A stretch of DNA of 64,000 nucleotides from Macrostomum hystrix (GCA_950097015.1 CATNEN010000007.1:1240001-1304000); one strand, 5' to 3'; positions 1 through 12,257 are shown, numbered from the stretch's first letter. The notes: generated by a model not told the origin, from the sequence alone. A program made the numbers and translations.

Positions 1-416
1 GCATGCGGCATGGCGTGCACGGAGCAGTTGCACAGGGCCTGGTACTGGTCATGCCGGTGCAGCAGGTCGCAAAGCTCTCTCGAGTACTTGGTGGATAGTC
101 GCCGGCCGGAGTACTGGAACTGCAGATCCTCGGGCGTGGCCTCGGAGCATTGCCGACGCTGCATGCTGCGGGTTGACTTCACCAGGATGAAGTTCTGCGT
201 GCCGGGCAGAATGCGGAGGCCGTCGAAGATGTTGATTGGATAGGAGTCTCGCTCGTGTAGGTACAAGACGGCGCCGGTGTTGAGAGTCTGCGGATCGTCC
301 GGGATGCACTTGTTGCACTCCAAGCTGCCCGGGTCCGAGTCCAGTACCAGGTGAAAGGTGACCCGCTCGGCGGTTTCCGCCACCGTCACGGTGGAGCAGG
401 AGAAAAAGCCTGGCAC
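1..416 (-). CDS. DEG/ENaC (amiloride-sensitive Na+ channel family) subunit, exon 2; continues beyond the window edge
   Basis: Acceptor gcag| at 417-418. The phase-0 frame is open to position 1: VPGFFSCSTVTVAETAERVTFHLVLDS...GAVLYLHERDSYPINIFDGLRILPGTQNFILVK...YSRELCDLHRHDQYQALCNCS. This matches the ENaC palm/knuckle pattern (G..vylH....P......i.PG) followed by the Cys-rich thumb. Confidence 0.8.
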   Translation of the reverse strand, partial: MPGFFSCSTVTVAETAERVTFHLVLDSDPGSLECNKCIPDDPQTLNTGAVLYLHERDSYPINIFDGLRILPGTQNFILVKSTRSMQRRQCSEATPEDLQFQYSGRRLSTKYSRELCDLLHRHDQYQALCNCSVHAMPH

Positions 417-487
417 CTGCCGATGTGAGTTGGCCGAGTTTCCTGCTAATGAACTGCTGTTTGTGATGAGAGAAAATAGCTGGTAGA

Positions 488-600
488 AATGATAATAATA
501 ATAGCAGGAAAGCTTCGGGCAATGGCCCATCATCTGGTGACATTTGACCCGCAGCCAGCGAGAAGGCAATTCCACCCATTCCGCTGACTCCTGTCATCGA
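488..600 (-). mobile_element. 3' fragment of SINE family A with (ATT)n tail, in the ENaC intron
   Basis: The reverse complement CAGGAGTCAGCGGAATGGGTGGAATTGCCTTCTCGCTGGCTGCGGGTC...TTTCCTGCTATTATTATT matches the copy at 34090-34277. Confidence 0.7.
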
Positions 601-761
601 TGCAGGATGCACGATGCGTTAGACCGCTCTGAACTGTGGCTCTTGCTCTTGGCTGTGACGGTTTTCCCTGTCCACGGACTGAACAGCTGTACACAACTGA
701 CCTATCCTATTCTAATTGCTGTCTGCAACAATGTTTAAAGAAACAGTTTGCTTCACGAAAC

Positions 762-1340
762 CTGCAGCTTCTCAACCCGCTCGCACGGCTTGCTGATGAG
801 TACTCCATTGTGGTGCATCTGGACGCTGCAGCTCTCGGCCAGCACCAGCGGGTCCTCGCGCAAGGCGGCCTGGAAGTCGGCCAGCCGCAGGTGATCATGG
901 TAGGCCATGGGCGACAGCAGCTGGGCCAGTGCTGCGTCTGGCACTCGCGACGTGGTGGCAGCGGCGAGGTCCAGCACGTGCCGGCTGTAGGCTCGGGGGG
1001 TCAGGTTGAAGCGCCGCATGCCCGAGTAGGTCATGGGGCTGGCGTCGCACACTGTGATGTTTGGGAACGGCGGCCGCGGAGTCCACGGCTCGAAGGAGAG
1101 GATGACATCGCCGCGGATGTAGACGAAGGTCAGAGTGACCACGTTGTAGAACAGCAGGCCGAAGAAGGCCAGCACGGCAAGGGTCCAGAGGGTGCGAAGG
1201 CCGACGGACTTGGCGGACAGGATCCGGGGCAGACCGCGAACCGAGGTCCGCTTCAGGCAGTCCAGGCAGAGGGCTCGAACCCCCGGCTGCTGCTCGGGCG
1301 GAGGTTTGCAGACAACCACCGTCTGCTGCTCCTGCTGCAT
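762..1340 (-). CDS. DEG/ENaC subunit, exon 1 (N-terminus, TM1, start of ectodomain)
   Basis: ORF 753..1340 reads TSVRGLPRI (pre-TM1 HG-motif position), then hydrophobic TM1 LWTLAVLAFFGLLFYNVVTL, then FPNITVCD (family FPxVTxCN motif). Donor CAG|gtttcg at 760-761 is phase 0 and matches exon 2. Confidence 0.85.
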
Positions 1341-1586
1341 GCTGGGCTAGCTGTCAGTTGAAACAGCTGAAGCAAAGAGTTCTGCTTCAGCACTTTGGCT
1401 GATTTAGCATAGACGATCGCTATCAAACTATCCGCACTTTGAGCAACAGGAGGGTTGCGATTGGTTGGTTGAATTAGCCAATCAGATTGCTATTCGCTAA
1501 AATGAATTGGCCATAGCCATGCAGGTGGCTTTTACTCACAGGAAACAAAATATACTATAATTGAGTCTATTAGCCAATGCGTACAG

Positions 1587-2678
1587 CTGCTCTCCTGTTA
1601 GACAGCCAGACCCCCAACCTGTTAGATACGAACAGCTCACCTGTTAGACAGCCAGACCCCCAACCTGTTAGATACGAACTGCTCACCTGTTAGACAGCCA
1701 GTACTCCAACCTGTTAGATACGAACTGCTCACCTGTTAGACAGCCAGACCCCCAACCTGTTAGATACGAACTGCTCACCTGTTAGACAGCCAGAACTCCA
1801 ACCTGTTAGATACGAACTGCTCACATGTTAGACAGCCAGTACTCCAACCTGTTAGATATGAACTGCTCACCTGTTAGACAGCCAGTACTCCAACCTGTTA
1901 GATACGAACTGCTCACCTGTTAGACAGCCAGTACTCCAACCTGTTAGATACGAACTGCTCACCTGTTAGACAGCCAGACCCCCAACCTGTTAGATACGAA
2001 CTGCTCACCTGTTAGACAGCCAGAACTCCAACCTGTTAGATACGAACTGCTCACATGTTAGACAGCCAGACCTCCAACCTGTTAGATACGAACTGCTCAC
2101 ATGTTAGACAGCCAGACCCCCAACCTGTTAGATACGAACAGCTCACCTGTTAGACAGCCAGACCCCCAACCTGTTAGATACGAACTGCTCACATGTTAGA
2201 CAGCCAGACCCCCAACCTGTTAGATACGAACTGCTCACATGTTAGACAGCCAGACCCCCAACCTGTTAGATACGAACTGCTCACCTGTTAGACAGCCAGA
2301 CCCCCAAACTGTTAGATACGAACTGCTCACCTGTTAGACAGCCAGTACTCCAACCTGTTAGATACGAACTGCTCACCTGTTAGACAGCCAGACCCCCAAC
2401 CTGTTAGATACGAACTGCTCATCTGTTAGACAGCCAGTACTCCAACCTGTTAGATACGAACTGCTCACCTGTTAGACAGCCAGACCCCCAACCTGTTAGA
2501 TACGAACTGCTCATCTGTTAGACAGCCAGTACTCCAACCTGTTAGATACGAACTGCTCACCTGTTAGACAGCCAGACCCCCAACCTGTTAGATACGAACT
2601 GCTCACCTGTTAGACAGCCAGACCCCCAACCTGTTAGATACGAACTGCTCACATGTTAGAGAGCCAGACCCCCCAACC
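1587..2678. repeat. 46-bp minisatellite (about 23 copies), internally a 23+23 dimer
   Basis: Unit CTGCTCACCTGTTAGACAGCCAG(ACCC/TACT)CCAACCTGTTAGATACGAA; ACCTGTTAGA occurs twice per unit. Confidence 0.97.
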
Positions 2679-4720
2679 TAATCTCTATTCAGGCATTAAT
2701 TCAAGAAAGTCTTTGTTTACTAAATATTTAGCAGGACAACCTTCCGCAACCTCAACCTTTATCACTTTCCGATTTAAAAAATGATCAAGAAATCAAAGCA
2801 AGACCCATGGGTCGGTATTTTGAGTAGGCTTATGATGCTTAAAATATTAGTAACAAGCTTCTTAATAGGGCCGGGGACTGCGGATAGACGTGGGTGAGTA
2901 GTTTTGTGCTCACAGGCGGTGTTATTGATGGCGTGTGTTGGTTGGGGCTGCTCACACAGCTACAGCTCAAAATGTTTATTTAATCGTATATCATAATAAG
3001 AATAAGTATTTTTAATTTAGTACTAGTAATGTAGCAAATAGTTGTTAGCCCTGCATATAGTGTGTGCATGTGTGTTTGGTGTGTCTTATTTCTGATGCAC
3101 AGTATAAGCTACAGTTAATCACACACACATAATATATATGTAATATAACACACTAAATTCGCTCTAATTACCATACAGATTATATAGCAAGTGCAGGTAC
3201 ACGGTTTGACAAATAATATAACAATAGAAGTTTAATTATAACAAAATTGTAATTACAAAAGAAATAAAAAAGACCGAAAAAAAGCAACTAAGAAAAGAAA
3301 TTAATATTTTTACCTGAATTCTAAAGAAATCCAATAGAACTTATTATCCAGAGAAACCAACAATTTGAACACAAAAAGAGATCAGCTATAGTCTACTGAT
3401 TAGTTAGAAGCAGTAGTATATTACGCACTCCGAATTGCATAATGTGTAGAAAAAAACAACAGAAACAAAATAGAGCGACGAAAATACTCGACAGACTACT
3501 GACAGGGCAGCTTTAAGTAGCTAGCTATGCGCATTTTAGGATAATAAAAATCGAATTAGCTTAATTAAACACCGATGCTCATCACAAACTGAAATTAGTT
3601 TATTTAAATTCTATTATTATTTCTTAGAGTTCAGCGAGTGAAATCAATTTGTCAAGCCAGTTAACAACTGATAGTTTTCATAGTGAGAGACAGGGGCTGG
3701 GAGTGGCTGTGAGAGAGCGGCTCAGTAAAAACCTTTGCAAAACAACTGGATTAAAGATATAAGAAAATTGTGAGTTTAATAATAATCAACTTCCATTTTT
3801 AACTAGTTTTTAACAAAAAACACAAAGCAAAAGCAAGCAATCAGAAGCTACTGCTGTGCTTCATAATTAGGCAAACAACAACGACGACTCAACTTGAATC
3901 CCACCTAGGAAAGTAAACGCAGTGTCGCAACTCCTTTGGTAGCCTCTCCGAACTGCTAATCAGTTAGTTTATTTTTATTTATTGTGCAAAAACTTGCCCG
4001 AAAGGCAACTGCGCTACTATTACCTGCCTGCGACAGAAGCAGAGAAAAACAAAAGAAAACTTTTTTTCTGTTCGAAATATTTACACAGAAAAGAAAACCG
4101 ATCGTCAAAAAAGAGCTCTATATTTAATAAATCCCGCACACTGCGCTCCGCTGTTATTGTTGCTGGGTGCCGATTGGGGAAATAAAAAATCAATAGAAAC
4201 AAAAGAACAGAAACAACACACTGGGGGGGTATGTTAGCTAATCTACTTGAAAATAACAATAAACACAAGATGGAATTACCTAATAGAGCAATAATAGAAA
4301 TGTGCAGCATTTTCTGTTATCAATTCAGTTGGGTCACAGTATGACCGATTCAAGGAAACACATCAATCAGTAACTATTATAGATTTATGTATTCATAGAC
4401 ATTAACATAGGACTGCCAATCAATGAGTTTTAGTATAAGGATCGCTAAAAAATAAACATTAACACAATAGTAAGTAACAAACGAACAAATATGCGAGAGC
4501 GAATAAAAACTGCTAATTTATTGGGAACTCTAAGACTGACAGACAGAGTGTGAGGATGGGACCGAGGGCTGTAAGCTAAGGAGGAGTTCGCGCACTTTTG
4601 CACTAAAACATCTGCCTTTGTCCATCTGGGCCTAAAACACTGTCTCCGAGCAGACTTCCATGCCGCTGCTGCTGCTGCTGCTGCTCCACTTGCATAGCTG
4701 AGCACAATCATCAGGCTGAC

Positions 4721-4899
4721 TCAGAGGCCGCCGCCGGTGGCCTCCGACTGACCAGCGGCGTCTGACGAGGTCTTGGCAGCTCCGCCCTCGCTGCCACCGT
4801 TGCCACCAGCGGAGGCTGCAGCCGCGGCAGCAGCAGCTGCCATGCTCATTGCGTGCGGCGGAATCAGAGTGCTGTTCAGCTCCGGCTTAATGGCCAGCT
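4721..4899 (-). CDS. GSK3: Glycogen synthase kinase-3, last coding exon
   Basis: Acceptor accgcag| at 4900-4901, phase 1. Reads (E)LAIKPELNSTLIPPHA...poly-Ala...GGGL-TGA and continues PPLFNFTPA from the previous exon, as in the GSK3 C-terminus LFNFTxxELS. Confidence 0.85.
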
Positions 4900-4904
4900 C
4901 TGCG

Positions 4905-5842
4905 GTGATTGTGGGTGGCATTTGACGGATTAGGGCCATTGTGGTTGGTATATGACGGATTAGGGCCATTGTGGTTGGCATTTGACGGATTAGGGCCATT
5001 GTGGTTGGTATATGGCGGATTAGGGCCATTGTGGGTGGCAGATGGCGGATTAGGGCCATTGTGGGTGGGATGGCGGATTAGGACCATTGTGGTTGGCATA
5101 TGGCGGATTAGGGCCATTGTGGTTAGCATATGGCGGATTAGGGCCATTGTGTTAGGCATATGACGGATTAGGGCCATTGTGGTTGGCATTTGACGGATTA
5201 GGGCTATTGTGGTTGGTATATTGCGGATTAGGGTCATTGTGGGTGGCAGATGGCGGATTAGGGCCATTGTGGGTGGCAGATGGCGGATTAGGACCATTGT
5301 GGTTGGCTGATTGCGGATTAGGGCCATTGTGGTTGGCATATGGCGGATTAGGGCCATTGTGTTAGGCATATGACGGATTAGGGCCATTGTGGTTGGCATT
5401 TGACGGATTAGGGCTATTGTGGTTGGTATATGGCGGATTAGGGTCATTGTGGGTGGCAGATGGCGGATTAGGGCCATTGTGGGTGGCAGATGGCGGATTA
5501 GGGCCATTGTGGGTGGCAGATGGCGGATTAGAGCCATTGTGGGTGGGATGGCGGATTAGGGCCATTGTGGGTGGCAGATGGCGGATTAGGGCCATTGTGG
5601 TTGGCATATGGCGGATTAGGGCCATTGTGGTTGGCATATGGCGGATTAGGGCCATTGTGGGTGGCAGATGGCGGATTAGGGCCATTGTGGGTGGCAGATG
5701 GCGGATTAGGGCCATTGTGGGTGGGATGGCGGATTAGGGCCATTGTGGGTGGGATGGCGGATTAGGGCCATTGTGGGTGGCAGATGGCGGATTAGGGCCA
5801 TTGTGGGTGGCAGATGGCGGATTAGGGCCATTGTGGGTGGGA
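4905..5842. repeat. 30-bp G-rich minisatellite filling the last GSK3 intron
   Basis: Unit GGCGGATTAGGGCCATTGTGGGTGGCAGAT, about 31 copies, with 26-bp variants; begins immediately at the splice acceptor. Confidence 0.97.
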
Positions 5843-5883
5843 TAATCAAGATCAAATGAGGAGAGCAGGCCACGCTGACTCAC

Positions 5884-6086
5884 CGGCCGGGGTGAAGTTA
5901 AATAGAGGCGGCAGCGGTTTGTTGCCGGGCAGGCGGGTGCCCTCCAAGCGCAGCTCGTCAAAGAACGGGTGGCAGCAGGCTTCAAGCGGGCTGATGCGCA
6001 GCTGGGGGGTGTACTCCAGCAGCCGGCTGACGAGGCTGATGGCCTCTGACGGAGTGCGCGGCCGGAACACTTTGGCCCAAGGATGG
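5884..6086 (-). CDS. GSK3: GSK3 exon (C-lobe end)
   Basis: [46 protein letters not shown]...[10 protein letters not shown]. Acceptor at 6087-6088; donor G|gtgagt at 5882-5883. Confidence 0.95.
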
Positions 6087-6317
6087 CTGCGGCGAGCGGA
6101 AAATGGGATTAGAAGATTAACTTTTCAATTACCAAAATACTTGTAAAACTAACTTATTGAAACAGTAGATATCCAATTATGAAGTCCATCGAGTTTTTTT
6201 TACACAAAACTGAAATTTCATTAACTAATAAAAATGCACATGAAAACTTCATGTATTAAACAAAAAATAAGTCCTTTTTGACAACACAGAAATTCTATGA
6301 AATAAGCAAAAGTCTAA

Positions 6318-6895
6318 CTTAATACACCATAGAAATCATATTTAATACACCATAGAAATCATATTTAATACACCATAGAAATCCCACTTAATACACCATA
6401 GAAATCCCACTAAATACACCATAGAACTCCCACTTAATACACCATAGAAATCATATTTAATACACCATAGAAATCATATTTAATACACCATAGAAATCCC
6501 ACTTAATACACCATAGAAATCCCACTAAATACACCATAGAACTCCCACTTAATACACCATAGAAATCATATTTAATACACCATAGAAATCATATTTAATA
6601 CACCATAGAAATCCCACTAAATACACCATAGAAATCCCACTTAATACACCATAGAAATCCCACTTAATACACCATAGAAATCCCACTTAATACACCATTG
6701 AAATCCCACTTAATACACCATAGAAATCCCACTTAATACAGCATTGAAATGCCACTTAATACACCATAGAAATCCCACTTAATACACCATAGAAATCCCA
6801 CTTAATACACCATTGAAATCCCACTTAATACACCATAGAAATCCCACTTAATACACCATAGAAATCCCACTTAATACAGCATTGAAATGCCACTA
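6318..6895. repeat. 23-bp minisatellite in a GSK3 intron
   Basis: Unit TTAATACACCATAGAAATCCCAC (variant ...ATCATAT), about 25 copies. Confidence 0.96.
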
Positions 6896-7060
6896 ATTAA
6901 TAGAGCACAGAAATCCTATTTAATACACAAAAGACATGCCATTGATTACACAACAGAAATCCCTTTCAGTACACCAATATCAATAACCAAATGTAATTTC
7001 TATTTAAGACACAACAAAAATGCTGTCTAAATTCGAGATGAGCAAACGCACGGAACTCAC

Positions 7061-7238
7061 CCCTTGATCTGCGGAAACTTGAAGTCCGTATAGTTGGGAT
7101 TCATCTCGCTGATCTGCTCCCTGGTGGGGGTGCCCAGCACTTTGATGATCTCAACCAGCTGGTCCACGCCAGTCTCGCCTGGGTAGATCGGCTTGCCCAG
7201 GAGCAGCTCGGCGAGGACGCAGCCGGCGGACCAGACGT
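7061..7238 (-). CDS. GSK3: GSK3 exon (subdomains IX-X, Axin-binding region)
   Basis: [59 protein letters not shown]. Acceptor at 7239-7240; donor gtgagt at 7059-7060. Confidence 0.95.
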
Positions 7239-7344
7239 CTGCGCGGGGGCGGAAGGCGAGGGCAAAGGGTTCAAGTTGAGGGTTTGGTGACTGGGGTCTT
7301 CATTTGATTTATGCTTTATATGCGAATATATGAGTTCATGAGGC

Positions 7345-7570
7345 TATATGGGATTGAGATTATATAGGATTTGAGATAATATAGGATTTGAGATTATATA
7401 GGATTTGGGATAATATAAGATTTGAGATAATATAGGATTTAAGATTATAAAGGATTTGAGATTATTTAGGATTTGAGATCATTAAGTATTTGAGGTTATT
7501 TAGGATTCGAGGTTTTATAGGCTTTGAGATTATTAAGGATGTAAGGCTTTTTAGGATTTGAGATTATAGG
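7345..7570. repeat. Degenerate ~19-bp tandem repeat in a GSK3 intron
   Basis: Recurrent ATAGGATTTGAGATTAT motif. Confidence 0.8.
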
Positions 7571-7676
7571 GGATTTGAGGGTGAAATTTTATGAAGTCTG
7601 GTGTTTAGAGAATTTATAGTAGTCATGTTTGATTTTCGGGATTTGATAAGATGGCTATGAAGACATTGTGACGCAC

Positions 7677-8025
7677 CAATCTGGCAGGTGTAGTTGGTAG
7701 CGCCAAAGATGAGCTCCGGGGCGCGGTAGTAGCGGCTGCAGATGTAGGACACATTGGGCTCGCCGCGCTGCAGATGCTTGGCGCTGCCAAAGTCGCACAA
7801 CTTGAGCACGCCGGACTCAGGGTCCAGCAGCAGGTTCTGCGGCTTGATGTCGCGATGACAGATGCCCTTGCTGTGAATGTAGGCCAGCGAGCGGAACATC
7901 TGGTACATATAGAGCTTGATGAACAGCACGGGTATAGTCTGCATCTGCTTGCTGTAATGGCGGCACACTCTGTACACTGTCTCAGGGATGAACTCAAGCA
8001 CCAGGTTGAGGTAAACTTCGTCCTT
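7677..8025 (-). CDS. GSK3: GSK3 exon (catalytic loop and activation segment)
   Basis: [20 protein letters not shown]...[12 protein letters not shown]...KLCDFGSAK...[23 protein letters not shown]. Acceptor at 8026-8027; donor G|gtgcgt at 7675-7676. Confidence 0.97.
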
Positions 8026-9115
8026 CTGTGGATTAGCAATTTTTTAAGAAAAAAAATTTTTTGGTTACTAAGGACATTGTTGCTAATCAAAACACATTTA
8101 TTTCTAAGGGCATTGATGTCAATTAAATCGTTTGCCTTTTACAAAGCCCGTTTTAGTTAAGTATGGAACCGTTTGTTATTAGCCGTAATATTCTAGTTAC
8201 TAAGGTCAATAGGTCATGGTCCGTAACCAAGACAACCATTGAGGACAAAAAATATTGTTTAGTCGGGTGAAACAAAGAATGAGACAAAGGATGAAATAAT
8301 TAACCAGTCTTGAAAAATCAACTGGTTAGTTTTTATATGCAAAACAATATCTTATTAGATAGAATGAAAGCTACCTTATTATATAATAACAGAGATAAAA
8401 GTATGGCCTGGGTCCACATATTAAACTAGTGGAAAGAAATGCCACTATCAGTAAAACCTAGACTGTACAAAAGACAGACAGACGGATTCACGAAGTAAGT
8501 ATGTGTGATTAGGCAGGTGAATAGAAATTTCCATTTATAAACTAGTTTTATTATATTATTAGACCTCAGGGTCAAGCCAGACAGACAGGTAGGCCAAGGC
8601 TGTTTCATTACAGCAAAGCTATAGATACACACCCTGCAGGGCTAGATCTATTGGTTAATTATTATTCACAATTATAGATCGATTACTTGCATTTTGATGT
8701 AAGTTTTGTAAGATCGAAAAGGTGCAATACTGCAGGAATGGGGTTGGGAAAGACCCACATTAAGGAAATACGTTATTTTCCCCCCTGGTGAAAGACCACA
8801 GGGTATTTCAAATACCCGCTGCCTACTTCAGGATAGCTCCCAAACCGAATGATCACCATCTGTAACAAAATATTCCGCCCTTTACGATGAACTAACTTTC
8901 AAAGCCGTTTTTGAAAGTTTTGTGATTCTGGAAGTATTTTCATTATCATTCGATCATATCGATTATCATTTTGGGAAATACAGAAAGAATACGAATGTGA
9001 GCGATTGAAATATCCCAATTGTCTCGGTTTAATATTAAGTGTTTGCAATGCAGTTTAGCAACTATTTTGCATAAGTCATGTTGTATAGAAACAAATAGCA
9101 CAGCTGTCAGCTGAC

Positions 9116-9390
9116 CTTCTCTCCACTAGAATAGAAGAAGTATTTCAGAGTGACAATGTTCTGGTGCTCAATTGAGCGCATGATTTGCAATTCTCGATTC
9201 TTGAATCGCTTGTCCTGCAGCACCTTCTTAATGGCCACAATCTCCTTGGGTTCGACCAGTTTGGCTTGGTAAACAACGCCAAAGCTGCCGTTGCCGATGA
9301 TCTTCATGTCGGTGAAGGAGATCTCTTGGGCGCGATCGCCCTGGCCTGGTGTGGCTATCACCGTATTCACCTTTGAATCTTTTGGTGTGC
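9116..9390 (-). CDS. GSK3: GSK3 exon (N-lobe)
   Basis: [17 protein letters not shown]...[15 protein letters not shown]...[21 protein letters not shown]...[11 protein letters not shown]. Phase-1 acceptor at 9391-9392; donor AAG|gtcagc at 9114-9115. Confidence 0.95.
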
Positions 9391-10172
9391 CTGGTGGAGT
9401 GTTAAAAAAATATATATATAATTGGCTTTGGGAATATAGTGATTCACATTTACACTTTTACATTAATAAGACAACAACTATACAGTAATAAGAACAAATT
9501 AAACATAACAATAACAGGAAAATTTTGATGTAGAATATAAATTACCAAAGCATAGAAAAAAAGTTAAATACTAAAACACGAATAGTGTTCTTTGTTCTAC
9601 TTAATTAGAAGCAATAATGTATTTTTGTATAAGCTCATTTCACTTTTAATTTAAACCTAGAATTGATAAACGATATAGGACCTAGATGCCACATAATAAG
9701 ACCACCATAGCAGGAATGACAAGTCAATAAAACAGATTTAAAGTTTCTTTTTGATAGCTCATGGAATGGTTGGGTCTAGTTTGCTATGAATAAGCTAACG
9801 ATAGGTTTGAAATCTGTTTTATTAAAGCACTTTGTTTCTAAAGACTTTTAGTCAATCCTACTACTACCCTTACTAATTTATAATTTAATTGTCAAACAAT
9901 AAACCATTTAAATACTTGCATTACTTGCAAACTAAGTCTGAGTCATAACTAATATTTATTTTTTTAAATAGATGCTAGAGCTGACCTGTTTATTATTAAT
10001 GCCAACTATATATTATGAAATGGCACATCCAACTTTTATCACTTCAGCCATTCATACTTCTCCAAGCTTTGATATTCTTGGTAATTTACCTTGAAAAATT
10101 AAAAGTAAACTAATTTTAAAATTAAGTCATTGGATTTTATTACATATTAATCATAAAATTAGCTTGACCTAA

Positions 10173-10482
10173 TAATAAAAATAATAATAATAATAATTGA
10201 TTACACCTGCCCTAATCGGGTCAGATGTGCAGCCGACAGCACAGCCGCAGCTACTGCGCGGTGCATCTGAAAGCTGCGTATGGCTGTTCAGTCCATGGAC
10301 TGGGGGGACGCCATGCCCACCTTCAATTATCCCAGCTGATGCTGGTACCCATTTAACAGCTAGGTGAACTGAAGCAATGCAGAGTTAAGTGTCTTGCTAA
10401 AGGACACAAATTGTTTAAGTGGAGACGGGAATCGAACCCCCGACCTTCAAGTCATGAGTCCGATGCCCTAAGCACTAGGCCC
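10173..10482 (-). mobile_element. Near full-length tRNA-derived CORE-SINE (family B) with (TTA)n tail and 8-bp TSD
   Basis: The minus strand shows an A-box-like GGCCTAGTGCTTAGG and a B-box GGTTCGATTCCC. The segment CCCATTTAACAGCTAGGTGAACTGAAGCAATGCAGAGTTAAGTGTCTTGCTAAAGGACAC resembles the reverse complement of the MIR core as I recall it. Poly(TTA) tail; TGACCTAA is duplicated at 10165-10172 and 10483-10490. Confidence 0.8.
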
Positions 10483-11216
10483 TGACCTAAAATTAGAAAT
10501 AATCATAGAACAGTGACTTTATATTTGACTGGTCAGGAACACTTCTAAATCTTAGTTTCATAAACTTTGTTGTAAGCATACTAAAATAAACTCTTTCTGA
10601 AAATCAATAAAGGAATGGAGTTACAAAAATTCTATTGCAGTTTTGTCAGAGCAGTGGGTTGCAATTGTCAAACATATTCTTCTTCAGAATTATTCTTTCT
10701 GTTACAAGTTTCATTATGTTGAGTATTTTTTATCCTTCTAAAGTCTAACAATATTTGTCATGTTTAAACATAGCTAGCTATGCTAGTGCTACTGCTAGGC
10801 ATAGACCTCTATAATAAGCTAGGCCTAGGCCTAGGCTAAATTGGGCAATGTAGAAAAGCCAAAATTTACACAATTCAAGAAATGCTAAATAAATTTAGTA
10901 AATCTGTAAAGCAAATAAACTCAACTATAATATAAAATGTAACCTATGTCATGTTCTTATTAGGTTGTTAAATAAAAAAACAGTAACATGAGGTCAAACA
11001 AAGACATGCTGGCATAATAATTTCTGTACAGATAGAAAGGTCTAAAGAATCTGCAACTCCAAAGAAATAAATACCTAGCTAATTCTTAAGCAAACAAAAA
11101 GAATTTAAGTTGCACTTATGCTAAAATAGCAAATATGTAACTGGACAGTTAAATTTAATGTACAGATACATGATGACAAGAAAAACGTTTTTAGCTACAC
11201 TGGAACATTGGCCTAC

Positions 11217-11261
11217 CTGCTGGTTTCATCTTAAATGCAGCAGTCAGTTGAAAGACATCAA
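11217..11261 (-). CDS. GSK3: Candidate 45-nt GSK3 5' exon, (x)DVFQLTAAFKMKPAG; ATG at 11229
   Basis: Acceptor tttcttag| at 11262-11263; donor CAG|gtaggc at 11215-11216; phase 1-1, in frame with the 9390 exon. [16 protein letters not shown] resembles vertebrate SAFGSMKVSR-DKDGSKV. Confidence 0.6.
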
Positions 11262-11902
11262 CTAAGAAACAGTTAAATCCCAGATGATTATCTTTACTTA
11301 ATATTTTTGTTCTGCGTTGGAACCAGTTGATATTGGGGATCAAGGCAATTACATATGATACGTCACCATGACACTAAGGAAAAAATATGAAATAGTTTAC
11401 GTGTTTGAAATCGGTGCTAAAGTTAATAACTGAGCTAACGACATATTTCACAAAAGTAAAAGCCGGTAAATAAAACGACAGTAGCTATTTAAAATAAGAA
11501 CAGTGTTTCTAACCTGAAATTGGCCAACAGTTTGTACTTAACTAGATCGCTTAAACGATATTGTTTTCAGTTATTATGGCAATATTAAGCCATGAAGCAT
11601 GCAAAGTCAGTTGAAAAGACAAGGTAAAAATCTGACAAAGTCAGATGCGCTATGTTAAGACTTCTAGACGTGTTATCTCTCCTAAAATAACTAAATTACC
11701 TGTTTGAATTACATGATTTATTGCATAATTAAATGATAAGCGTGTATAAAATTTTTATGCTGCGTAAATAAGTACGCGAATACGCTTGGCTGCCAATCAG
11801 TGTAATTTTAAACAATCTAACAGTGAGTTTTTACAATTATAGATATTATATTAAGTCATTGTACGAGAACTAATTCTAATTTTGAAAACTTTTGCATCCA
11901 TA

Positions 11903-12175
11903 TCAAATATAATATTTGTGCTTCCGAATGCAGCCGTTGTAGTCGCACACTGTCGCCTCACTGTAGGGAATCAGCCGCGGACGACTGCCAGACAATGCTC
12001 TGTTGACTTCCTCACAGAGCTGTGCCACAGTTGGCCGCCTGCCCTGGCAACCGAACACCAGAACATTGTTGACGTGCACGGAGATGCAGTTGTAGGTTGT
12101 CGTGTCCTCGCGAGCCAGGACAAAAACCTTGGAGTGAAATTCCTGCTCCAGACCAAGGCGAAGGTCGTGAAACAC
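11903..12175 (-). CDS. Small protein of unknown function, exon 2
   Basis: Acceptor ggcag| at 12176-12177, phase 0. Reads VFHDLRLGLEQEFHSKVFVLAREDTTTYNCISVHVNNVLVFGCQGRRPTVAQLCEEVNRAL...stop. AATAAA lies about 180 bp downstream on the minus strand. Confidence 0.6.
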   Translation of the reverse strand: MFHDLRLGLEQEFHSKVFVLAREDTTTYNCISVHVNNVLVFGCQGRRPTVAQLCEEVNRALSGSRPRLIPYSEATVCDYNGCIRKHKYYI

Positions 12176-12257
12176 CTGCCGAGTTGAATAATTAACGGTT
12201 TTGCGCCGGATCGCAAAACGAATCTCGACTCAACACGCGTGCCTCTCACCAACTCAC

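Noticed and set aside
636-1361. 241-aa plus-strand ORF
   Set aside because: It is the antisense shadow of the GC-rich ENaC exon 1.
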